This document shows positions 29,917 through 38,348 of a stretch of 38,352 nucleotides of DNA, in pieces. Within the stretch, counting starts at the first letter, position 1; each line of letters opens with the position of its first letter. This DNA is from Planctomycetota bacterium (GTDB lineage: Bacteria > Planctomycetota > MHYJ01 > JACQXL01 > JAVHLO01). Both the position numbers and the translations under genes were made by a program. The stretch is taken from contig JAVHLO010000001.1 in the NCBI GenBank assembly GCA_031082105.1, forward strand, positions 1 through 38,352. Reading direction: 5' to 3'. The notes beneath the pieces were generated by a model. The model saw only the letters and a list, made by a program, of their open reading frames with translations. It searched no databases and was not told the origin of the DNA.

Positions 29917-30011
29917 AGTCTGCCGGCCTTTTCCCCAGGTACGCGAATAGTCGCGGCTAGTTCTTTCGTTCTTCAGCTCTTCCGTTCATTCGTTCTTTGG
30001 TTACGGCTACG

Positions 30012-30959
30012 ATGTTCAACGTGATCGAACCCGGATTGCACACCACCTTCCAGGACGGAGGGAGGAAGGGGTATCAACGCTTCGGCATCCCGCCGGGCGG
30101 TGCGATGGACATGTTCGCCTTGCGTGTGGCGAACCTGCTCTGCGGGAACGACCAGTACGAGGCGGCGCTGGAGTTGACCGCGCTCGGGCCGAAGCTGGAG
30201 ACGCTCAACACAGCGACAATTGCCCTCACGGGGGCCAACCTCTCCGCGATGACCGGAGACCGGCCGCTGCTGATGTGGCGCACCGTCGAGGTCGGCCGGG
30301 GCGAGGTCATCTCTTTCAGGAAACGCATCACTGGCTGCAGGGCATATCTCGCCGTCGCGGGCGGATTCGCCGGCGTCCCGGCCGTGCTGGGGAGCAGGTC
30401 GACCTTTCCGCGCGGCGGAGCGGAAGGCCTCGCGGGGCGGCGGGTCCAGGCCGGGGACGTCCTGCAGGGCCGTTCGCTGGACCGGAAGGTCGCGTTCCGG
30501 GTATTGCCCCCGGTCCTCGTGCCCGACTATCCGAAAGAGCTTGTTCTCAACGCCGTCCCGGGCCCGGAGGCCAACCTGTTCTCGCCTCAGGCAATGGAAG
30601 CTTTTTTTTCGACCGCGTACATCGTGGCCGGCGAATCGGACCGGATGGGCTGCAGGCTTGACGGTCCGCCTGTCAAGCTACAGGTGAAGTGCGAGCCCAT
30701 CTCGGACGCGATGCCGCTCGGAACGATCCAGGTGCCCCCCGATGGAAAGCCGATCGTCATGATGGCCGACCGGCCGACGACGGGCGGGTATCCGAAGATA
30801 GCGGTGTTGACGACCGCCGACACGTGCCGCCTCGCCCAGGCTGCGCCCGGGACGGCCGTGCGGTTTCGAAAGGTGCCGGTCGAGGAAGCGGTCCAGCTTC
30901 TGCGCAGCCACGAGGCGGGCCTTACGCAGATCGCGCAGACGCTCGCAAAGGCGCGGTAG
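30012..30959 (+). CDS. pxpC: 5-oxoprolinase subunit C (PxpC, KipA/allophanate hydrolase subunit 2 family)
   Basis: MFNVIEPGLHTTFQDGGRKGYQRFGIPPGGAMD, ESDRMGCRL and DRPTTGGYPKIAVL. Confidence 0.9.
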   Translation: MFNVIEPGLHTTFQDGGRKGYQRFGIPPGGAMDMFALRVANLLCGNDQYEAALELTALGPKLETLNTATIALTGANLSAMTGDRPLLMWRTVEVGRGEVISFRKRITGCRAYLAVAGGFAGVPAVLGSRSTFPRGGAEGLAGRRVQAGDVLQGRSLDRKVAFRVLPPVLVPDYPKELVLNAVPGPEANLFSPQAMEAFFSTAYIVAGESDRMGCRLDGPPVKLQVKCEPISDAMPLGTIQVPPDGKPIVMMADRPTTGGYPKIAVLTTADTCRLAQAAPGTAVRFRKVPVEEAVQLLRSHEAGLTQIAQTLAKAR

Positions 30960-31000
30960 CAGAAACCTGTCTCGCGCCAACGCTCGAAGGAGAAGGCGCG

Positions 31001-31789
31001 TTATCCTGTCGTCCCGCCCAGGCCGAACGAGAAGAGCGCTTCGATCACGAACGCGTCACGCCACTTCGCCGGCAAGTGCAGAAACCGGAATATCTTCTTG
31101 AGCGTTTCGCCCCTGAAGAGGTAGGAGCCGAGCCGGACGTACTCCCCGCGCAACGCGTACCCGTGTGATTCGAAGTGCTCCTTCAATTCCCCGGGCGTGA
31201 AGATGCACGTATGCGTGGTGTCTCCCGAGAAATCGATCGTCCCCAGCCCTTTCTCGCGCGTGCGGCGCCTGCCCATCCACGTCTTCGCGGTGATCGTGTG
31301 GACCGCCACGACCCCGCCGGGTTTGAGCCATCCCTTGAACCGCTCCAGCGCAAGGTCCGCCTGCTCGCGCGTCAGGTGCTCGTAGAGGCTCACGAACAAT
31401 ACCAGGTCGAACTTCTCCTGCGGGTTCCACGACAGGATGTCGCCGACCTCAAACGCGAGGTTTGGCCGCGCGTATGTCTTGCGTGCGAACTCGACGGCGG
31501 TCGGGGAGATATCGACCCCCACCGCCCGGGCGCACCGCTCCGCAAAATGGTAGGAGAGGTACCCGTAGCCGCAGCCGAGATCGAGTACCGACATCTGCGG
31601 CTGCAGCGCGAAGGTCTGGCCGAGCTTGCGCGTCACCCGGTCGAAGTGCTTCCTGTCGAACGGGTTCGCCTTGATCCTGGACGTGCCGCGCGCATCGTAG
31701 TACTCCGAGTCGTACTGCTCGCCCGCGGGCGGTTGTGCGACCTGGTCGCGTTTCCGTTGGTCTTCCGAGTTTTCTGAAGGTGTGGTCAT
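31001..31789 (-). CDS. Class I SAM-dependent methyltransferase
   Basis: Motif I is VLDLGCGYGYLS, followed by AVGVDIS and LKPGGVVAV. The start is set at ATG 31789 (MTTPSENSED...). The 60 upstream codons of the listed ORF read through a family B repeat. Confidence 0.8.
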   Translation of the reverse strand: MTTPSENSEDQRKRDQVAQPPAGEQYDSEYYDARGTSRIKANPFDRKHFDRVTRKLGQTFALQPQMSVLDLGCGYGYLSYHFAERCARAVGVDISPTAVEFARKTYARPNLAFEVGDILSWNPQEKFDLVLFVSLYEHLTREQADLALERFKGWLKPGGVVAVHTITAKTWMGRRRTREKGLGTIDFSGDTTHTCIFTPGELKEHFESHGYALRGEYVRLGSYLFRGETLKKIFRFLHLPAKWRDAFVIEALFSFGLGGTTG

Positions 31790-31797
31790 ACGGATTA

Positions 31798-31884
31798 GCC
31801 ACGGAGCCACAGAGGCACAGAGAACCGGATCGAAATGCGTGGCTACCTTCTCGCGATTTCTCTGTGTCTCCGTGCCTCTGTGGC
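31798..31884. repeat. Family B hairpin copy 2
   Basis: gccacggagccacagaggcacagagaa ... ttctctgtgtctccgtgcctctgtggc, in the divergent region between the methyltransferase and DUF885 genes. Confidence 0.8.
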
Positions 31885-31952
31885 CAATTTTCAGAGAATA
31901 CCGGACTCCGGCGACTGGTGCAATATAACATTCGCGCCCCGCTCCGTCAAGG

Positions 31953-31981
31953 TTGACATCGAATCGCATTTGTGCTAGGGT
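31953..31981 (+). promoter_or_regulatory. Sigma70 promoter TTGACA-17 nt-TAGGGT, 6 nt upstream of the DUF885 ATG (leaderless mRNA)
   Basis: TTGACA at 31953-31958, a 17-nt spacer, TAGGGT at 31976-31981, gacacc, then ATG 31988. Confidence 0.45.
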
Positions 31982-31987
31982 GACACC

Positions 31988-33403
31988 ATGAGTCGAAGCA
32001 GAAACGGGCTTCTCTTTGCCGTGCTCCTTTGCGCATTCCTTGCCGCGCTCGCGGCCGGCATGGGCTACACGACAGGGGCCGAACCGCGGCCGGCGATCAA
32101 GCGGCTTGAAGCGATGGAGGCCGAATACTTCGAGTACAGGTGGGACTCGAAAAAGAAGCTGAGCTCGCGGGACTATTCGGCGATGGCCGCGTTTGCGCGG
32201 AAGTGGAAACGCAGTCTCGACGCCGGCGAACTGTCCGCCGGGCCGAGACGCGATCTCCGCGTGATGCTCCAGAAAGTCGAAGGGACGCTCGAATGGCGGC
32301 GGCTTTCAGAACAGTACACGGTCGAACTCGATGACGGCCGGACCGAGCCCGGAAACCCGCCGCCCGAGGCGGCCTTCGAGTACCGGTTCCGGTACCAGTT
32401 CGGCCTCGACGCCACCCCGCTCCGGGCCGCGCAGGTCGCGCGACAGGAATGGGACCGCACGTGGGACCGGCTTGAAGACATCGCGCGCGCGTGGTGGAAC
32501 GAGGTGGTCGCCGCAGGCGAGGCCGGTTGCAACACTGCCGGATTGACGGACACGCACGTCGACTGGCGGACATACGATGAACAGATCAAGCGCGAACACC
32601 CCGAGGGAAAAGAGCTCCTCACCTTCGCACGCCGCGCGCTGAACGATGCGCGCGATTTTGCCATCAGGAATGAGCTTGTCACGATCCCGGACTGGGCCGC
32701 CGATGTCGACGCGAAGTTGGGCAACTACGGCGTTGCGGGCGTGAGCGTGCCGTTCGGCTACTACCAGCCATCGTGGGAGAGCGAGGACACGGACTCGCTG
32801 CGCGGCGCGTACGTGGTCAGCCCTTTGAGCAAGCGGCTTTCCCCTGCCGATCGATTGCAGTTCCTGCGCGGCAACAATGTCTGCTGGACCCGCGTTGTCG
32901 CGCTGCACGAGGCGATTCCCGGCCATCACCTCCAGTTCGCCGTCACCGCCAGGAAGGCGTCGCGCGTCCGCAAGACCTGCCACAACCCGGCCTTCATCGA
33001 AGGCTGGGCGCTCTACTGCGAGGGAATGATGGCCCGGAACGGGTATTTTCAGGACAGGCGGGAACGGCTCCAGCAGCAGAAGATGCGCCTCTGGCGCTGC
33101 GCCCGCGTGCTGATCGACCTCGGACTCCATGTCGGTGGGATGACAAAGGAGGAGGCAAAGCGGCTTCTGGTCGAAAAGGTGGGGATCGAACCGTTCGCAG
33201 CGGAACTCGAGGTGTCGCGGTACGGGGAGCGGCCGTTTTACCAGTCAGCTTACCTGCTGGGTAGCCTCGAATTCGAGTCCATGGGCCGCGACCTCGAGCT
33301 GCGCGCGGGAGAGGCGTTCGCGCAGAGGGACTTCCACGACCGGCTGCTCGACTGCGGGCCGATACCGCTCAATATCGTGCGCGGGTTCATCCTCGACCGC
33401 TAG
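31988..33403 (+). CDS. DUF885 family protein (secreted, metallopeptidase-like HExxxGHH motif)
   Basis: Signal peptide MSRSRNGLLFAVLLCAFLAALAAG. VALHEAIPGHHLQF and FIEGWALYCE are typical of DUF885. Confidence 0.8.
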   Translation: MSRSRNGLLFAVLLCAFLAALAAGMGYTTGAEPRPAIKRLEAMEAEYFEYRWDSKKKLSSRDYSAMAAFARKWKRSLDAGELSAGPRRDLRVMLQKVEGTLEWRRLSEQYTVELDDGRTEPGNPPPEAAFEYRFRYQFGLDATPLRAAQVARQEWDRTWDRLEDIARAWWNEVVAAGEAGCNTAGLTDTHVDWRTYDEQIKREHPEGKELLTFARRALNDARDFAIRNELVTIPDWAADVDAKLGNYGVAGVSVPFGYYQPSWESEDTDSLRGAYVVSPLSKRLSPADRLQFLRGNNVCWTRVVALHEAIPGHHLQFAVTARKASRVRKTCHNPAFIEGWALYCEGMMARNGYFQDRRERLQQQKMRLWRCARVLIDLGLHVGGMTKEEAKRLLVEKVGIEPFAAELEVSRYGERPFYQSAYLLGSLEFESMGRDLELRAGEAFAQRDFHDRLLDCGPIPLNIVRGFILDR

Positions 33404-33417
33404 CTGCAGGCTTGAAT

Positions 33418-33492
33418 GAACCACAGAGACACAGAGGGCACAGAGGCGCCCTCTTCTGATTCGTCCTCTGCGCTCTCCGTGCCTCTGCGGCG
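33418..33492. repeat. Family B hairpin copy 3
   Basis: gaaccacagagacacagagggcacagagg ... cctctgcgctctccgtgcctctgcggcg, directly after the DUF885 stop. Confidence 0.75.
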
Positions 33493-33576
33493 AAAAATGC
33501 TGCCGACAGAAGCGCGAGTTCGCAGAGCCTTGTCGCTCGCCCGTTCTTCGGTTCTTTGGTTCTTTCGTGCTGCACC

Positions 33577-34485
33577 ATGTTGACGGGCATTCACTTTCTC
33601 CTGACCTACACCTGCAACTACGAATGCGACCATTGTTTCGTGAGGAGCGGGCCGCGCACAGAAGGCACGTTCACGCTTGCACAGATCAAGGACGTGCTGA
33701 AGGAGTCGAAAAAGATCGGCACTGTCGAGTGGATCTACTTCGAGGGCGGCGAGCCGTTCCTCTTCTTCCCGCTGCTCGTCGAGGGAATCAAGGCGGCGCG
33801 ACGCAGAGGGTTCAAAGTCGGTATCGTGACGAACGCATACTTCGGTATTTCGGAAGAGGACTCCCTTCTCTGGTTGAGGCCTCTTCAGAAGCTCGGCGTC
33901 GAAGATGTCAGCCTCAGCGACGACTCCTTTCACTTCGATGGAAAAGACGTGTCGCCCGCCAGGCGAGCCCTCGCGGCGGCGCGACGGCTCGGATTGCCTG
34001 CCGGGACGATCTGCGTCGAAAAGCCGAAGACCGGGGCGGGTGGCGGCCAGGCGAAGTCCGCACCGATCACCGGAGGCGTGGCCATGTTCAGGGGACGCGC
34101 CGCGGAGAAGCTGACCGAGGGGTTGCCGCGCAAGCACTGGGCGGATTTCACCGAGTGCCCATACGAGGATCTGAGAGAGCCAAAGCGCGTGCACGTCGAT
34201 TCCTACGGCACTGTGCACCTTTGCCAGGGACTGTCGATGGGCAACATGTGGAAGACCCGGCTGTCAAGACTGGTCCGGAAGTACGACGCCGAGATGCACC
34301 CGATCTGCGGCCCGCTCGTGAAAGGCGGTCCGGCCGCGCTCGCGCGAGAGTACGGCATCGGTCAGGAAGCCCGATATGTCGATGCCTGTCACTGCTGCTA
34401 CATGCTGCGCACCGCGCTGCTCGACAGGTTCCCGGAATTCCTCGCGCCGAGACAGGTCTACCCGGCAGGAGAAGGCGAGCGCTAG
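33577..34485 (+). CDS. Radical SAM protein with a Cys-rich C-terminus (possible auxiliary cluster)
   Basis: CNYECDHC is a CxxxCxxC motif near the N-terminus, followed by GGEPFL. C-terminal cysteines: CPYEDL, HLCQG, ICGP and DACHCC. ATG is at 33577; the longest ORF starts at GTG 33556. Confidence 0.75.
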   Translation: MLTGIHFLLTYTCNYECDHCFVRSGPRTEGTFTLAQIKDVLKESKKIGTVEWIYFEGGEPFLFFPLLVEGIKAARRRGFKVGIVTNAYFGISEEDSLLWLRPLQKLGVEDVSLSDDSFHFDGKDVSPARRALAAARRLGLPAGTICVEKPKTGAGGGQAKSAPITGGVAMFRGRAAEKLTEGLPRKHWADFTECPYEDLREPKRVHVDSYGTVHLCQGLSMGNMWKTRLSRLVRKYDAEMHPICGPLVKGGPAALAREYGIGQEARYVDACHCCYMLRTALLDRFPEFLAPRQVYPAGEGER

Positions 34486-34626
34486 CAGCCTGTCCGCGTA
34501 ACGCAGTTTGTAGTAAGGCACGAAGCCGCAGCGGAGTGCCGTTCCTTCGGAGCGGAATCCGATTTCGCGTTGTGATCCCTTGGCGTATTCCGTGTTTCCG
34601 CGATCCCGTGCTTCCGTGTTCTTCTC
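34483..34626. repeat. Family H composite element starting at the radical SAM stop codon (TAGCAGCCTGTCCGCGTAACGC ... attccgtgtttccgcgatcccgtgcttccgtgttcttctc)
   Basis: See 28012-28170. Confidence 0.65.
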
Positions 34627-34705
34627 ACGACTGTGCGAAACTTTTGCATCGGTAGTGCTGTATTTGGTATAGTGACCAAGCGCCCATCCTGAGACCCGTC
34701 CGAGG

Positions 34706-34775
34706 CGCGACCGTTAAGGAGCGACCGACGGCTCGTTCTACTGGGTCGTCGTTTGGTCGCTCGCTTACGCTCGCG
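34706..34775. repeat. Hairpin cgcgaccgttaaggagcgacc ... ggtcgctcgcttacgctcgcg
   Basis: 21-nt arms are approximately reverse-complementary with a 28-nt loop. It lies downstream of convergent lgt. Confidence 0.55.
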
Positions 34776-34866
34776 GCTCGGTTTTCATCAGATCGAGGTT
34801 CCAGAATAGGCTCTCAGTGTCGGCGGGAGTGCCTGGATGGCAGTTGCCACTCGAGGGTGCGCGTGT

Positions 34867-36141
34867 CTACTTGATCAGCCCCTGTTCGCGCCAGCGGCGC
34901 ATCGTCTCGCGCTTCGTCACTATCTTCTTGTGCTGGAGGAAGCACATCATAAGGAAGCTGACAATAAAGATCGCGATGCTGACATGCTGCGAGAACGTGA
35001 GGTTGGTCGCCGCAAAGACCTCGTTGTCGCCCCGCCAGAATTCGAAGACGAACCGCCCCGCCGAGTAGAAGAGCCCCGCGTACGCCACCACGAGCCCCTG
35101 CACCCGCAGCTCCGGCACCTTGCGCATCTTGTGACGCCAGATGTAGGAAAGGATGAGGAAGAACGCGACGCACGCGAGGCCTTCGACGAGTTGTATAGGT
35201 ACGACCGCGAGGGAGCGCGTATCGCCACGCGAGACCATCCCATTCTCGTACTGGTGGACAAACGCGGGGGCGCCAACCGGTATCTGCGCCGAGTCGAGCA
35301 CCCTCGGGAAGCAAATGGCGACTTCGCTGTTCGTCGGTTTGCCGAAACAGCAGCCGTTCAGGAAGCAGCCGATCCGTCCGAACGCCAGCGCCAGCAACAC
35401 CGCGGGTATCGCGAGATCTGAGATCTTCATGATGCCGAACCGCTTGCGGTGCGCGTAGTACGCCCCGCATGCGAACGCGGCGATCAGCCCGCCGTAGAAG
35501 ATTATCCCGCCGTGCCAGATCTTGAAGATGCCCCAATCGTCGAGCCGCGTGGAGTACTGCCGGCCCGTCAGCATCGGGTTCCGGAACACGTAGACTATCC
35601 GGCCGACCGCGACGCCGATCACGATGCAGGCGACGACGAGCCCCGCGAGTCTCATGAGAAACTGCCTGAGCGAGAGACCGGGCGTGCCGTCGCCGGGCGA
35701 GCTGCCCTGGGTGCCGGGCTGCTTCTTGTCCGGCGATGGTCCCGCCTTGACGGGCCGCACACCGGGCGACGGACTCTCGGCTTCCTCGAGTCCCGCCTCG
35801 CGGCGCTTCATCCTGGCTGTCATGAAGAAGTAGAGCGCCAGCACAACAATCCCGCCCAGGAGCGTGCCCAGAAGGTCGATCCCTTCGCCGATATTGAAGA
35901 GTCGCCAACTGAAGTCGTTTCTGAAGACGATGATGTAGTTGATCCGCGCGCCGAGTATGCCCGAGATGATGAGCACGATCCCGAGGTCCATGATATGCTC
36001 GGGCGGGAAGCCGTCCTTGCGCCCGCGCGGGATCGTCACCATCAGCGCGGCAAGGAAGCCGAGCATGACCATGAAGCCGTAGGAGTTGACGGGCAGCGAT
36101 CCCAGTGGGCCGAGCGGAATGTCAAGCAGCTTCGGATGCAT
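34867..36141 (-). CDS. lgt: Prolipoprotein diacylglyceryl transferase (Lgt) with a large hydrophilic insertion
   Basis: PVNSYGFMVMLGFL, GILGARINY, WHGGIIFYGGLIAAF and GRIGCFLNGCCFGKPT are Lgt hallmarks. At 424 aa it is longer than typical Lgt proteins. Confidence 0.9.
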   Translation of the reverse strand: MHPKLLDIPLGPLGSLPVNSYGFMVMLGFLAALMVTIPRGRKDGFPPEHIMDLGIVLIISGILGARINYIIVFRNDFSWRLFNIGEGIDLLGTLLGGIVVLALYFFMTARMKRREAGLEEAESPSPGVRPVKAGPSPDKKQPGTQGSSPGDGTPGLSLRQFLMRLAGLVVACIVIGVAVGRIVYVFRNPMLTGRQYSTRLDDWGIFKIWHGGIIFYGGLIAAFACGAYYAHRKRFGIMKISDLAIPAVLLALAFGRIGCFLNGCCFGKPTNSEVAICFPRVLDSAQIPVGAPAFVHQYENGMVSRGDTRSLAVVPIQLVEGLACVAFFLILSYIWRHKMRKVPELRVQGLVVAYAGLFYSAGRFVFEFWRGDNEVFAATNLTFSQHVSIAIFIVSFLMMCFLQHKKIVTKRETMRRWREQGLIK

Positions 36142-36245
36142 AGCGCGGACTGAAAAACGAACAGGAGACCGACTCTACATCAGGTTCGATACTTTTGCAG
36201 CATCGTCTTGTGTTGCGCAGGAGGCGGATGACCTCCAGCACTTCT

Positions 36246-36302
36246 GGATTCCCTCTTTTCCGCCTCCGGCGGATCCCGCTCAAAGCGGGACGCGGGAATG
36301 AC
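36246..36302. repeat. Family E repeat copy (ggattccctcttttccgcc...gcgggacgcgggaatgac)
   Basis: Aligns with 25942-25980. A gcgggaatgac half-site recurs at 36593-36603. Confidence 0.65.
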
Positions 36303-36616
36303 AGGGACGCGTCTTGTTTCGAAATCGTCAAAGGTGATCTTGATTGGCTCGTCTGGATCGACTGGAGGAGTCTAGCAGGAAACCCGGCGGATGTCAACGA
36401 AATGGGAGAAGCGTCTCGTGAAGTCATCAGCGTTGCGTGGCCGGGGCACTGCACGGCGTGGCCCTTCGGTGGTTTTGGGAGCGGTGGCAAGCGGAGCGCG
36501 ACACCGCTTAGGCTCTTCCAGGGCTTCTCTGTTACGATGAAAAAGCGCCGTCGCCGCTTCGCTCTGCCGGCGCAGTCCATAACACTGCCTTCGCGGGAAT
36601 GACAATGCCCGCTTCG

Positions 36617-37027
36617 TCAGGCTCTCTCCGTCTCCGACTCGGCTGCGCCGCCAGTCCCGCCGTACTCCCCGAGCCGCGCGATGACGAAATCGGCTATGCC
36701 GGCCTCGATGTTCCTGCTCACGCGCTTGAACTCGGCAAGCACGCGGCCTGTGTCGAAGACCCCGTCTGGGACGAGGATCGGTGTCATTCTGGACCAACCC
36801 ACGTCCCCGCTGTCCACCTTCAGATGCGAGAAACCGCGGTCGCTGGTCCAGGTAAGTGCCTTCTCCTTGTGCCCCTTGTCATAGCAGAGCTGAAAGCCGA
36901 CGATAGTACCCTCCTTCGAGAACCATACGAAGAGGTCGTACAGGTCGTCGCTGAACCACCTTCGCTCGGGTTCGCCCGGGATCTGTCTCACTTTTGTGAC
37001 CTCTGCCAGCATCTGTGCGCACTCCAT
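36617..37027 (-). CDS. Hypothetical protein, 136 aa
   Basis: Clean ORF from ATG 37027 (MECAQMLAEVTKVRQIPGEPERRWFSDDLYDLFVWFSKEGTIVGFQLCYDKG...). No family recognised. The upstream 25 codons of the listed ORF run into a family G repeat. Confidence 0.55.
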   Translation of the reverse strand: MECAQMLAEVTKVRQIPGEPERRWFSDDLYDLFVWFSKEGTIVGFQLCYDKGHKEKALTWTSDRGFSHLKVDSGDVGWSRMTPILVPDGVFDTGRVLAEFKRVSRNIEAGIADFVIARLGEYGGTGGAAESETERA

Positions 37028-37079
37028 TCTAATTCTGTCATTGGTGGCGGACCCGGACGGACTCACGTGACCCAATGCC

Positions 37080-37112
37080 GAATGACAAATGATCAATGAC
37101 AAACGGTCAATG
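37080..37112. repeat. Family G repeat copy (gaatgacaaatgatcaatgacaaacggtcaatg)
   Basis: Shares aatgacaaatgatcaatg with 22155-22187. Confidence 0.6.
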
Positions 37113-37141
37113 TCGGCTTTGACAATGTTCCGAGTCTTGAC

Positions 37142-38107
37142 TCAGCTCACGTCCTCTGCATTTTGAGCATTCTGTGCCTTCTTGTGGCCGATTCCATGCC
37201 CGGCCAGCGCTGCGCGTAGGAACCCGCCGCAGTCTCTCAGAATCCGTCGGGCCTCGGCGGGCGATACCTTGCGCCGCCGCATGAGCACGGCGGTCTTGGG
37301 CTCGTACCCCGACCTTGCGAGCAGCGATGCGGCCGTCCGTTCGTTGACGCCGCACAGCTCCATGACGATGCGCCTTGCGCGTTCGCGCAGTTTCGCCGAC
37401 GTCGGTCTCACGTCGATCATCAGGCTGCCGAAGGTCCGGCCTGCCAGCGACATCCCGGCGGTCGTTATCGCATTGAGCGCCAGCTTGGCCGCGGTGCCGG
37501 CCTTGAGGCGCGTGGAGCCTGTCAACGTCTCCGCGCCCGTACGCAGTACAACTAGGACATCCGGCGCAGGCGAACAAGCGGGGCGTGGATTCGACGTGAC
37601 GAGAATCGTCGCCGCACCTTGTCGCTTCGACTCTCTCAGTGCCGCCAGCACAAACGGCGTCTTACCGGAGGCTGTGACCGCGATCACGCAGTCGTTTGCG
37701 TCGATTCGGTGCATCCTGATTGCCGACCTGCCGGCCATGGCGTCGTCCTCCGCGCCTTCGACCGCGCGCCAGAGGACGGGCCGTCCGCCGGCGACGATGC
37801 TGTCGATGCGGCCACGGGGTACGCCGAAAGTCGGCCAGCACTCCGCCGCCTCCTGTGCGCAGAGCCGGCCGCTCGTTCCGGCCCCGACGAGGAAGATGCG
37901 CCCTCCGGCGGAGTACGCGCGAGCCACGACCCAAGCCGCCCGCGCCAAGTGCGGCACTGCCCGGCGCGCCGCCCGCACGGAGTCCACGCCGCCTCGGACA
38001 ATGAGGGAAACCAGCGACCGAGCGCCCGCGGTGTCAAGGCGGACCCGTCTTGCCGCCGAACTCTCAGTCGGAGGGATGCGGTCTTTCTTTGGACGCGCCA
38101 GGGACAT
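37142..38107 (-). CDS. murQ: N-acetylmuramic acid 6-phosphate etherase (MurQ), SIS domain
   Basis: GRIFLVGAGTSGRL, ASGKTPFV, TGSTRLKAGTAAKLALN and the C-terminal UBA-like LMRRRKVSPAEARRIL. ATG is at 38107. The 27 upstream codons of the listed ORF (SLTPALSQRERE) are family A repeat sequence. Confidence 0.9.
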   Translation of the reverse strand: MSLARPKKDRIPPTESSAARRVRLDTAGARSLVSLIVRGGVDSVRAARRAVPHLARAAWVVARAYSAGGRIFLVGAGTSGRLCAQEAAECWPTFGVPRGRIDSIVAGGRPVLWRAVEGAEDDAMAGRSAIRMHRIDANDCVIAVTASGKTPFVLAALRESKRQGAATILVTSNPRPACSPAPDVLVVLRTGAETLTGSTRLKAGTAAKLALNAITTAGMSLAGRTFGSLMIDVRPTSAKLRERARRIVMELCGVNERTAASLLARSGYEPKTAVLMRRRKVSPAEARRILRDCGGFLRAALAGHGIGHKKAQNAQNAEDVS

Positions 38108-38124
38108 GCAATGGCTCAAAAGAC

Positions 38125-38178
38125 AACTCTCCCTCTCCCTTTGGGAGAGGGCGGGGGTGAGGGACGAACGCATACCCC
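38125..38178. repeat. Family A repeat, 54-nt unit (aactctccctctccctttgggagagggcgggggtgagggacgaacgcatacccc)
   Basis: Identical 54-mer at 38295-38348, a 170-bp period. Confidence 0.9.
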
Positions 38179-38257
38179 AGACCAACAAGTATCGCGGCGG
38201 CCTTCACTTTCGAGGGTCGTTTTGTCGCGGGATCTGGGGCCGTGGGTGTTCGGAATT

Positions 38258-38291
38258 CCCTCACCCTAACCCTCTCCCAGAGGGAGAGGGG
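38258..38291. repeat. Family A repeat, opposite orientation (ccctcaccctaaccctctcccagagggagagggg)
   Basis: Same core as 8864-8908. It abuts the 38295 copy and forms a larger palindrome with it. Confidence 0.85.
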
Positions 38292-38294
38292 AAG

Positions 38295-38348
38295 AACTCT
38301 CCCTCTCCCTTTGGGAGAGGGCGGGGGTGAGGGACGAACGCATACCCC
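38295..38348. repeat. Family A repeat, second exact 54-nt copy; the window ends 4 nt later
   Basis: Identical to 38125-38178. Confidence 0.9.

Noticed and set aside
33567-35908. ORFs 33567..34655 (+) and 34814..35908 (-)
   Set aside because: These are off-frame alternatives to the radical SAM and lgt genes. They are Arg-rich, and 33567..34655 continues through the family H repeat.
37182-38330. 382-aa + strand ORF opposite murQ
   Set aside because: It is an antisense shadow extending into family A repeats.
38125-38348. Possible CRISPR array (regularly spaced identical 54-mers); likewise the family C copies at 26919-27073
   Set aside because: There are only two or three units in mixed orientations, and the intervening sequence itself contains a related repeat. 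The same families are scattered singly across the window. No cas genes are present.
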